Origin: Klebsormidium nitens
Lineage: Eukaryota; Plantae; Klebsormidiophyceae
Direction: 5' to 3'
Assembly (NCBI GenBank): GCA_000708835.1
Contig: DF236950.1
Location: forward strand, 101,355 to 165,354
Length of the DNA: 64,000 nt
The notes below the pieces were generated by a model that searched no databases, had not been told where the DNA came from, and saw only the letters and a list, made by a program, of their open reading frames with translations. Shown piece after piece: positions 22,736 to 33,800 of the stretch. The translations under genes were made by a program, and so were the position numbers. Each line of letters begins with the position of its first letter. Positions within the stretch are counted from its first letter, which is position 1.

Positions 22736-25592
22736 ATGACAGTCCTAGCGCTCGCTCTTGACACAGCGTCCGCTTACCCTCTGAAGCATTCAGGAGTGCG
22801 AGTGGGCCTCGCATCGGTGGACGCGTTTCTCGACGCCCTCGTCTGGCTGCTCCCGGTTTGGACCTCCCTAGCTGCGGGTCTGGTTGTGGGTTGGAGCTGG
22901 AAACCTACCTGGGTTACTTCTAGCACCCTCTTCTCTGCTCTGCGCAGCAGGACTAGGCTAGTGTGGACGACGCCCCCTGGGTTTGGGGCAAGGAGGGTCT
23001 GGTTAGCCTTGACCGCCCTAGCAGCGTTTCCAGCCCTGAGGGCAGGATGGAATAAGTATTCCATGTGGATGTGGCCGCGGGCGGCGCATGAGGTGGAGGC
23101 TCAGCAGAGCGAAGCGGTTTCTCAGGCGGGGTTGGGCAGGTGGTTCCGATGGGTGCTGCCACAAGATGGAGGGGGTCACAGCACCCCAGCAGCGGAAGCA
23201 GATGTTGTGATTGACACCGCTAGTCAGAGGTAAGGAAGTCTGCAGGTTTGCCCTTATTGTGAATCCTGATGCAATTTTGGATGTGTTGGGCAGAAGCTTG
23301 CTGGTTGAATAGTCCTCCTGCTGCTGCTTCCTACTTTGACTGTCTAGTTTGCAAGTTTCTGTTTTGAAGGGAATGTCTAGGATCTGTCTTTCTCGGGCAA
23401 GTATTTTTCTAAGGTCCTCTGTGGTCGATCGCAAGGTGCTCTGAGCTTGTTGTGGATTTGATTATTTGGCAAATTTATCAGGGAGGGCATGATGGTTTGA
23501 CCAAATATGTTCCTGTTCTCTCTAGGGCCCGCCGGGAGCAGTGTGCTGTGACCGACGAAGATGTGGAGAATTTCCGGCAATTGATTGAGGGAGAGCACTT
23601 AGGGCCAGCCTGGCAGAAGATGATGGAGAAGGAGGCGGGAAAAATGACTTATGTCGCCTGGAGGCGCGACACGGAGGTAGGTCACAGTACTGCGCTTTGG
23701 TCTTCACAAGTTTTCAGAGGTCGGGTTGGCAACAATTGCATGCCCTTCCGTAGACTTGGGCTTGTTGCTGCTCTGGTTGACCTCATTCATCTTGATTGAG
23801 GGCCTGATTAGCCAGGCCAGAAGATCTTCTGCAGTTTGCATTGGGCAAGGGCAAGGAATATGGGCAAGGGCAATGCTGTGCTTGTTGATTCCCTTTCTTT
23901 TGTTCTAACAACATTCACAGTGCTGTCCTGCGAGTGAGCTGATCAGCATGTGCACTTTGAGCTTGCGGCCGAGAGGGCTGTCCAAGCTTAGCCTCCTTTT
24001 CCTTGCGCCAGTCAACCAAGTCTTGGGGCGGAGTTGTAGTGCCCAAATGTTCTGAAGATATGCTGCATCTTTCCTCATTCTGAGCAATCATTGTTTGATG
24101 CAGAACGGCCCAACACAGTACCGGAGTCGGACGGTCGTTGAGGACTGCACCCCGGAGCTGATGCGGGACTTCTTTTGGGATGACGAGTTCCGCATGCAGT
24201 CCCAATGGGATGACATGCTGGCTGATGCTTCCATTCTTGAGGATTGCCCGCAGACAGGGACGCAGGTCGTGCGCTGGGTGCGCAGAGTGAGTCTCAAAAT
24301 GTGCTGCCACCTCTCCCCTAGATTAGCATTGCTCTGGGGACCTCAATCCTGCCCCCATAGCTTCTGGCTCTTGCTGACTTTGTGTGGATTGCCCTTTCTT
24401 GTTTCCTGGGTGAAGCATAGGTTGGGTGCCACTGTATTGTTGCAAGCTTTTGACATCCAGGTTAGGAGAAAGTTGCGCCCCGCTTATGGACTGAGTTTTT
24501 CGCTGTATGGATTGAAGTTGTTCCCTTTACTTTTGAACTCCATGGAGTCTGGCCACTTAGAATGTATCCAGCAATGCAGTCCCAGCATGGCATCGTTGCA
24601 TCAGGTAGCTTCAGCAATGTGGGATCTGAGATAAATTTCTGACAGTCTCTTGCGTGTCTGCAGTTCCCCTTCTTCTGCAAGCCCCGGGAGTACGTCTTCG
24701 GGCGCAGGATATGGGAGGCAGAGAACAGCACCTACTACTGCATAACGAAGGTGAGAGTTGATCATGAGACCGGCCCCCCTCTTCAGGCCAGCTTTGCACA
24801 CTGTTTCTTTGGACTTGGCACCTCTTGTTGTGCATGTAACACACTTCGCTTGAGGGCTAGTGAGCAGTTTGCTTATTGAAACCATTGAGTTGACCCCCAA
24901 ATGTCCGAGACAGGTGTCCAAATCTCACTTGCAGCAACATTCCGGGTCTCAGTATCTTCAGTTGTTCCAGATTGAAGTGCACTCTGGAACACGCTGCCAA
25001 GCGATTTGAGAGCAAAAGGTTTCTCAAGGATTCAGTGCCTGACGTACATCCCCCATGTCTGCAGAGCATTGACGACTCGCGCGTCCCAAAAAAGAATAAG
25101 CCGCGGCGGGTGGACGATTTCTGGTCGTCCTGGCGCATCCGCCCCACGATGGCCAAGGACGGGAGCAGCATGACAGCGTGCGAGGTCATTCTGACGCATT
25201 GGGAGGAGATGGGCATTCAAAAGGACGTCGCCAAGCTGGGGATCAAGCAGGGCATGTGGAACGCCGTCAGAAAGATCGAGCCCGGCGTCAGCCAGTATGC
25301 GGGCGCGCGTGCTGCGGGGCAGCCCCTGTCGCGCGCCGCGTCGTTCGCAAACATCACCACAAAGATCCGGTCGGACAGTTCCCCGGAGGACAGTCCGAGG
25401 TCGGTGTTGCCCGGCACTTCCTCCGGGGGGGAGGCTTTTACTGAGGTACAACAAAAGGGGGGGAACAAGAAGCTGGGCCTGGCCTTGATCGCCGGGGGGG
25501 CGATGCTGGCGTTCGGAATGCCCGTTGTGGGGCAGGTGGCGGGAGCGGGCCTGGTAATGAAAACTGTGAAGAAGGTGCGGAACCGGGGTTAG
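22736..25592 (+). CDS. START-domain lipid-binding protein, plant PCTP-like membrane-anchored type (5 exons)
   Basis: Exons 22736-23229, 23526-23676, 24104-24286, 24664-24750, 25065-25592. Motifs LVVGWSWKP, GPTQYRSRTVVEDCTPELMRDFFWDDEFR, FPFFCKPREYVFGRRIW, SSWRIR and EEMGIQKDVAKLGIKQGMW, plus a hydrophobic C-terminal anchor. Confidence 0.92.
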
Positions 25593-26726
25593 ACCCAAGT
25601 AAGAAGTTCCGAGCGGGCAATTCGAAGGACCCCCAGGCGAGGACGTACAATGCAAGCGGAGCGCGACAAAACGCTGTAGCACTACGCACGACATCATGCA
25701 GACGTTACAGGTTGAGCCGGCTTTTAAATGGGAGCCTGGGCGAGGTGTTAGTTTTCTAGTAGGTTGAGGGTTTGGCGTCAGGACGACCGTGCACGGTGGG
25801 CAGTTTAGATCTCCCCTGGTGGTCTTGTGGAAAGGACTGGATTGACGCGTCATTTGAGTACTGATTGTAAACTAGGTTGAGGCTTATGGTTGAAAGCGGC
25901 AGCGCTTCTTGTGACTCCTGCAATAAGGGTAGTCAATGGCATCGTACAGAGAAAGCCGCACATTTAGGCAGGACTCGGAGTTTCACGCTTAACAGCTCCT
26001 GGAGTCGCCAGTTGTTCTATCGGGGGTTACGAAAGTAGTTGAATCGCACCTGCCTCCCTCAGTGAGTTGATTGATTAAGGTCAGCAGGTTTTGGAGTCTA
26101 GCATTCATTCAGTTGCTGATCATGCAGAAGTGAAGACAAGTTGGAACCAGGGTTGTTGTAACAAGATTTTGTCTAGCTGCCGTCAAATTGAGGTTGTTGA
26201 GAGGTCTTTGTTGAAGCCTTGCACTGTCAATGTCTGGAACACAAGCGACACTTCTCGATTGTTGTGGATTGGCTTCTGAAGGTCGATTCACGATCTTTCA
26301 GTTTGGAGCGTATTGCCAGTGGTGCGCTTGTCCTTGACCAAGATTTGGTATTACATGCACCATGCAGCTGTGAAGAGTTTTGGCGGCATAAGTAACCTGT
26401 TGTACGGATCCTATAGCATTTTAGAGGAGCTGGCCGCCAGCTAGATTGCATGAGGCTTTCTCTGTTCACGCTGTTGCGTATACGCTAGTATTGATCGATC
26501 CAACTGTAACGTGCGCGTCGGACGGTCGACTGCTTTTAGAGGTAGAGCTACGAGCCAGGCCACAATATACGGCATACTTCTCTATACAGCCTTTCAACAC
26601 TGCAACAGTGAATCTCACTCTATACTCTTAGCGGGCCCTTAGTGTTGCAAATGCAAGGACAGGCCTTAACTAAAACAGATACGCAATTGTCGAGTGCTAT
26701 TTTTACTAGACTCAGGCTGAGTCCTC

Positions 26727-27613
26727 NNNNNNNNNNNNNNNNNNNNNNNNNNNNNNNNNNNNNNNNNNNNNNNNNNNNNNNNNNNNNNNNNNNNNNNNNN
26801 NNNNNNNNNNNNNNNNNNNNNNNNNNNNNNNNNNNNNNNNNNNNNNNNNNNNNNNNNNNNNNNNNNNNNNNNNNNNNNNNNNNNNNNNNNNNNNNNNNNN
26901 NNNNNNNNNNNNNNNNNNNNNNNNNNNNNNNNNNNNNNNNNNNNNNNNNNNNNNNNNNNNNNNNNNNNNNNNNNNNNNNNNNNNNNNNNNNNNNNNNNNN
27001 NNNNNNNNNNNNNNNNNNNNNNNNNNNNNNNNNNNNNNNNNNNNNNNNNNNNNNNNNNNNNNNNNNNNNNNNNNNNNNNNNNNNNNNNNNNNNNNNNNNN
27101 NNNNNNNNNNNNNNNNNNNNNNNNNNNNNNNNNNNNNNNNNNNNNNNNNNNNNNNNNNNNNNNNNNNNNNNNNNNNNNNNNNNNNNNNNNNNNNNNNNNN
27201 NNNNNNNNNNNNNNNNNNNNNNNNNNNNNNNNNNNNNNNNNNNNNNNNNNNNNNNNNNNNNNNNNNNNNNNNNNNNNNNNNNNNNNNNNNNNNNNNNNNN
27301 NNNNNNNNNNNNNNNNNNNNNNNNNNNNNNNNNNNNNNNNNNNNNNNNNNNNNNNNNNNNNNNNNNNNNNNNNNNNNNNNNNNNNNNNNNNNNNNNNNNN
27401 NNNNNNNNNNNNNNNNNNNNNNNNNNNNNNNNNNNNNNNNNNNNNNNNNNNNNNNNNNNNNNNNNNNNNNNNNNNNNNNNNNNNNNNNNNNNNNNNNNNN
27501 NNNNNNNNNNNNNNNNNNNNNNNNNNNNNNNNNNNNNNNNNNNNNNNNNNNNNNNNNNNNNNNNNNNNNNNNNNNNNNNNNNNNNNNNNNNNNNNNNNNN
27601 NNNNNNNNNNNNN
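26727..27613. other. Assembly gap (887 N)
   Basis: Run of N in the sequence. Confidence 1.
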
Positions 27614-27848
27614 GAGGTCGTTCGTCTAGCGCAGAACTCACATGTCCTACCTCGAAATATTTGCTAGTCCCAAATCGGACTATCAAAATTGCAGATGCAC
27701 GTGAACACGGCCCCCGATGGCCCTCACATCATTCCCCGCTCAACGCTCAATGCTGAACTCGCATCCGACAACCTGTTACAGCTCGGAGCCTTTGAGAGTC
27801 GTGCTCCCGCCTGTGTTTTCAACACCACAATGCTCCAACGAATCAAGA

Positions 27849-30800
27849 CTACCTTAAGGCCTCGATCTCTTTCGCGAGCAACGAGCCCCGCGACTCGAGA
27901 TCGCCTGGCTGGCCCCGCCTCCGCAGGCTCTCCTGCAGACTTAACTGCCGCAATTCGTTGCCGCCTAGCATGTGATCCATAACCTGCTGGAACCGGTCGC
28001 TCGGTTCCACTTCGACGGCCTTGCCGCGGAACCCGAGCCGCAAGTCGCGCAACTCGTTCCCGCCACTCTCGGCAAGCTCGGTCTCAACGTAGTACGCATC
28101 GAAGACGAAGCCAATAAATACGTTCATGATGAAAATGGTCCTGCAAGGAAAGGCCGCTCAAGACGTCAAGGTGCAGGACTCAGAAATGTAGGCGCTTGTC
28201 GGGCGGAGGTTACACCATGCATGGCGATGGTTTCATCGATGCTGCGATTTGAGCTGAGATGGAAGTGAGCCTGCGAGAGGAGCAAGGAAAGGATGTCAAA
28301 AGAAACGTGAGCCAGAATTGCCAGGCTGCTGCGGGTGGAGGTGCAACCGAGCGAGCTGCCTCTGCCTTAAATCAATGAAGAGACTTGCAACCAGGTGGGC
28401 GGTTAATGGTGCGGACGACGGTGCACGGAGTAATACGGAAGGAACTAGAAGGGGGCCGGAGCTCACCCGAGGATCAGGAAGCTGATGAAGTAGACGCGGA
28501 TCCAGGCGGTGTCGTAGATGCGCCCCGCGATGGTGAGCCACACAGAGAACAGGCTGCTGTTGAGCCACTGCACACACGTGGGCAGGCTGCTGGTTGGGTT
28601 GGGCAACCGTCACGACAGTACACGGAGAGTGTTCGCAGCAAACCCCTACCGTTTCAATCTTACTCTACTTCTCGCAAGAAGAGAGGGTAGAATAAAACAG
28701 AAAACGGTACGAAGCGAGCGTACTCCAGCGAACTGCATCACAAGCTGCCACAGCCGTCTATGTGAGATGTCGTTCACGAAGACTTTCATTTGAGCGCAAA
28801 GGCCATTGCAAAAGGGTCTTGCGCTCTCTCTCACCTCAAAGATAAGCACCATCCCCGATGCGTAATCATTGAAATTGTTGGGGCCGTAGCCGGAGTCCTC
28901 ATAACCGGTGCCTGCGGAGTATGGCAGATTGTCTCAAGGATGCGCGAACGAACACAGCGACTTTGGCCACCGACATGCCCCTTACACGCGAGCGCATTAA
29001 GGTCTGAACCGGGACAAGAAAAGCGACTTCAGGCCTTCTTTTTAGGCCTCGAACCTTAAGTACACGCAAAGCACCCTCGAGAAGAATACTTCATTATGGA
29101 CGGTCTGGCAGAGAGTATTCTTATGACTTTCATGAGCAAGTGCCTCTCAGGCAGCATATTTGTTTCCAGAACCAGTCGACGACCCGTTCTTCATCGTACT
29201 TTCCCGGAGTCTAAAGCGGGCACACGTCCGAGCATTCTCCAAAATCTCAGCAAATCTTGAGCGGGGGACTGAATCTGCTGGCAGCCAGCAGCGACCAACT
29301 CGAGGATTCCGAACTGGAGAAAGGCGGTCCACTATGCCGTTTCCGACTAGGGAGGTATTGGCTCAACTTGCTCTAACAGTCAACCCGGCGTTGACTTGCG
29401 AGTCTTTTGATCCCAAACATGACCCATTCCACTTTCAGTGACAAAGCCTCGATCTCGGCATCCTCGAGCACGCGAAAGAGCTCGCCAACCGACCGCAAAT
29501 TTTACTGTTCTGGTGTTCCCGGCTCGAATTCTCTAAGGCCTTTTCGATCCCAAAGTATTAAGTCTGAGAGGGGATTGCGGCCGACCTTTGATGCAGGGCG
29601 CGCCGTCGTAGACCTCCCCCCCGAAGAGCTGGATGCCCATGCTGCAGAAGATTGAGCTGAAGCAGTACGTGACGCCCACCAGCGGCGTCACCACGCGCCA
29701 GAGGCTGAAGAACGACGTCATGATGACGGAGTAGCGCTTCACGGACGTCAGCACGCGCGCGAGGCGCAGGACGCACAGGATCAGCAGGTAGCGGATCCAC
29801 TCCGGCTGAACCAGGCCCGCCACGATCAGCACCTGGGAAGGGGGCGGGGTGTGTGTGGAAAGAGCAGGGAACAACCACACTATTGTCAGTTCCTGCTGGA
29901 GAAAGAGGGAACAACTACACCGGAACCGCGATGCGCAATTAGATTGATACAATTCGCGGGGGGAAGGCAGTTTGAAAAACTCTTCTGGTGCTAGAATGGG
30001 CAAAGGGCAAAGGGCAAAGGGCTGTCTGGCCTCCTGCGAGAAGGAGATGGACGAAGGGGTGGCTGAAGGGCCCTCCAAGGCACGCGGACCGAAAGTGCAT
30101 AACAGCTCCGGGTCGTGACAGCAGTCGTGACAGCTTGGAAGCAACAGCACAGCAGCTGCGCCCATTTGGGCTGAGAAAATAGCAGCCAACGCAGAGGAGG
30201 ACACTTCCAAGATGAGTAGACCTATGCTCTTTGCTGCGATCTGTGCATCGCGCCAGACGGGCTTGAAGAGATTCACGCAGCCTCTTCAACACCACCAATC
30301 GAATCTTGAATCGACGCTGTACGCAAGCAGAATTTTAAAACCATCAGTAGAGACAAGTAGTCATGCAACGCCTAGATTGCGCGGCTGGCTGGGCGCTACC
30401 TGCGTGACGACGATTCCGAGCGTGACGAGGCAGTCAAATTTGTTGGCGGCGGTGCGCCAGTAGTGGCGCGCGCCCTCGGCCATAATCTTTGCCAGCATCT
30501 CGGCGAGGTACAACAGCCCGAAGCCCATCTCGATGCGCAGCCATTGCGCCTGCAGCCTGCGGGGAAGACGGAACTGTTCCTTTGGGTGGATTCAGCAAAG
30601 CTCTTACTTTGGCATGTATTTCCAAGCTTTGCTATGGTGAGAAGAGGAGGCCTTTGTCCTCCCTTTCGGCGTCGCAGAGTGCGAAGAATGAATTCTTGCT
30701 CATGGACAGTTCCAAGAGTCTGATTTCGTTGGTATAGGAAAGGCCTTGCTTTCATTGATTTGCTTGATAACAAAGGACGTGACTTTAGCTGGGCGAAAAG

Positions 30801-33800
30801 CACGTACCCGTGAAGATCTCGGAAAGGCCCCCAAGTGATCCCCACAGACATGGTCTCGCCTGCTGTCACACAACGGACGCAACTTTTTACAGCGGGGCCA
30901 CACTGCATGAGATCTGAAACGAGCGCACTGCTTCCAGAAGGGCGCAGTTGACGTCACCTCTGGTCGCCCGTGACGTCAGCCGCGGACTCGATCATGATGA
31001 CGAGCGCCTGCAGGACGAGGACCGCGTGCACGATGTGCTGGAAGGCGCGGCTGCGGACGAAGTCCTTGAATGCGTCGTAGCGCGCGGAGGTGAAAACGTC
31101 TGCGAGAGAAAGAACAAGGTGAGACGCGCTGGAAGGCGATAACTGGTGTGAAACTTGGTTGCACACTTGCGCCAAATTTCACGTAAATCTTGATTCTGGG
31201 GAGTAATTCAAGAGCCCAGAAGGGGATCGAGACGGACTAGCGACAGCGGTTGGAGGGGTTACTCAGCTGTTGAGTGGATCACTTGCAAGCAGAAAACTCG
31301 CAGGAGCAAGTCGCGGAAGCAGAAGGTGGGCGAAAGGAACACCCATTAGCAGGTTTGCGTGCAGCAGGTGCTTTCGGGGCCGAACGAGCGGACGGATGGG
31401 TGTGTCATTGCGGCGCGGGGTAGCCAGTGGTCGACGCACGAGGATTCAGAACCGCTTTACACAGTTTTTAGAAAACAGATTTCTACGTTAGGCTGCTACG
31501 GTTCTCTTGGCTATCCTTAGCCAGAAACACAAAAGAAGCCAGGTCATACGAAGACGGGTTCCCGAAGCATGATTAAGCAAGAGGGTTAGCGAGGTGGAAG
31601 TATCATTAAGGAAGGCAACTCCCCAACCAAGTCAAGCACCCGCAACGGCGGTCCGGGAGCCGACAGTGGGTAAAGGAGGCGGTTAGGGGAAGCGAACCCA
31701 CCCGGAAAGAAGACTTCTAGTAAAGTGGGCTCGTCCAGCGGTACGAACCGGAGCCGCACCGCGACGCACATGTCCAGAAACTCTTCCTCGGTGATGCGGT
31801 TGTCACCCGAGTCGTCCAGCGCCAGAAAGATGTGCTCGATGTCCGCCTCGTCGAAGTGCGGGAAGTTGCGGTACTGGTTCAGGGCTATCAACAGCTTGCT
31901 AATCTGGCGGGAAAAGGGTCGAGGGGATGGGCTGGCAGATACGCGGCAGAAAAGATTGGTCGCTTCGGCGGACGAGGACCCTGCTCTCGCGCTTCACGTT
32001 CAATGGGTATGGAAGACTTGAAGTAGCGTTTGAAGCAGAAGGCTTCATCCAAGGTTTTAACATTTTCTTCTCCTGGCTTCTGCTTTGCAAATTCGCGAAG
32101 TCTCGACGGCGTCCCTTGAGCGAACCCTGAGAGAGAAGGGGATCCAGATGGTTTGGAGTTAAGTCCGAACCCCTGACATACAAGCGGATTCAGCGAACCA
32201 GAGTTGCGTCACGGGGGTAACACTCAAGTCATGAAACCTTGGAAACGCCGACATTATTCTCGAATTGAAAAGCGGCTCATGCGTTGAGTTCAAAACTCAA
32301 CCCTCTGGGGTGCTTTTCGACAGTCGGCGCTTGCTTTTCCCAACATCCTCGTCGATAAATCACTATGAAGGTCCTTCAATGCTTCATCAAGTCAAATAAT
32401 AAAAGCGCGCACAAAGCATCAGAAGTCATAGAAAAATACCTTGAATGAACTCGTGATCCTATCAAGCGAATGATGACCGACAGTATTCCAGAAAAGAAGG
32501 AAACGACGATCGTAGGTACAACCAAAGAAACTAGACCTAAAAGCATCGGGGAATTGACTATTCCAGTCGGTGCAAGCCCGGTACGGACTTGATGGCTGTC
32601 GAGGTAGCCCCGCTTGCGCTCGTCGAGCGTTTGGAAGGCCGCCTGCAGAATCTTGTTCCGCGCCAGGTACGCCTTCTTGTACTCCTTGGCCAGGCTGTTC
32701 TTGTACCCGTCGTACACCTGCGCGCGCGGGAGTGACGTCAGCGGACCCCCGCCCGGTGACCCGGCAGCCAGACCTTTGCATGTCACGACATTCGGTCGGT
32801 TTGAACAGGCAAGCCGGTGGCACAATTGCGAGCCGTGTTTGGTTTGTTGATTGGCAGGAAGGGAACTTGGGGAAGGACGTAGACCTTGCTAGGACCCTGG
32901 ATTTAGAGCCCGGATAGGAGGACAGGCGAGCTTAATCTCGACAAATCACGGCGCAGTCCTCGGTCGCACAGCGTGCAGACACGGGAGGTGATGAAAGTGC
33001 CCCACTCCTTACCACGGCGAATATCAGACTGAGGAAGAAGTTGCACGACACGAACTCGAACGCTGCAACGCAGAGAACGGTATGAGGCACTTTCGAGAAG
33101 AGCTCAAGGTTTCAATACTTCCATGAAGCCGCAGATGTGTGCTTTCCCGGGCTATAGGAACGACGCGTTTCCGCTGTGCGGCCTCACTTTTCCGGCCGTT
33201 TTGAAGTCGCTACAGGCAACCCGCTACAAGCCCTCACACAATTTCTAAGCATAGCAGGCTCGGCGTGGCTACGAAGCTAGCGCATTGGGAGAGTTCAGAC
33301 CCTGTTGCCGTCTGGATTAGCCAAACGAGACTTGACTTTGCATGCGGTCTGACTGTCCGAGACGCGCTTAGCGAACTGACGGCAAAGGAAGTGCATGTAC
33401 GAAAGCTTGGATTTCCTGGCACATCAAAGGAACACGGGCTTTCGAATTTACTCATGAAGATGAGCCCCGCGGCGCGATTGTCGTTGAAGGCGGGCATCCA
33501 GAAGTCGGGCAGGTTTTGCGCCGTGAACATGCCGATGATCAGCTCGTTCAACGTGGCGCGCCAGGACTTGAAGTACTTCTCGCCCTGCAGGGACCCATCA
33601 GCAGAGCCCTTGACAGTCAACGCCTCCAAATCGAAAGATAAGGTCAAAGTTCGTTCCATGTCGCGGATTGTCAGATCGTCCGTGTTAGATTGCGCGTCGA
33701 CCGAAAACCTACTTGGCTTCCAGTCTTGCCTTTGTCGTACCGACAGGTAGGGGATACGGTGCTTTTCAAGCCGTATTACTTCTAGGGTATGTACCTTAGA

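Noticed and set aside
26642-27686. Long ORFs 26642-27667 (+) and 26712-27686 (-)
   Set aside because: They are artefacts of translating the N gap.
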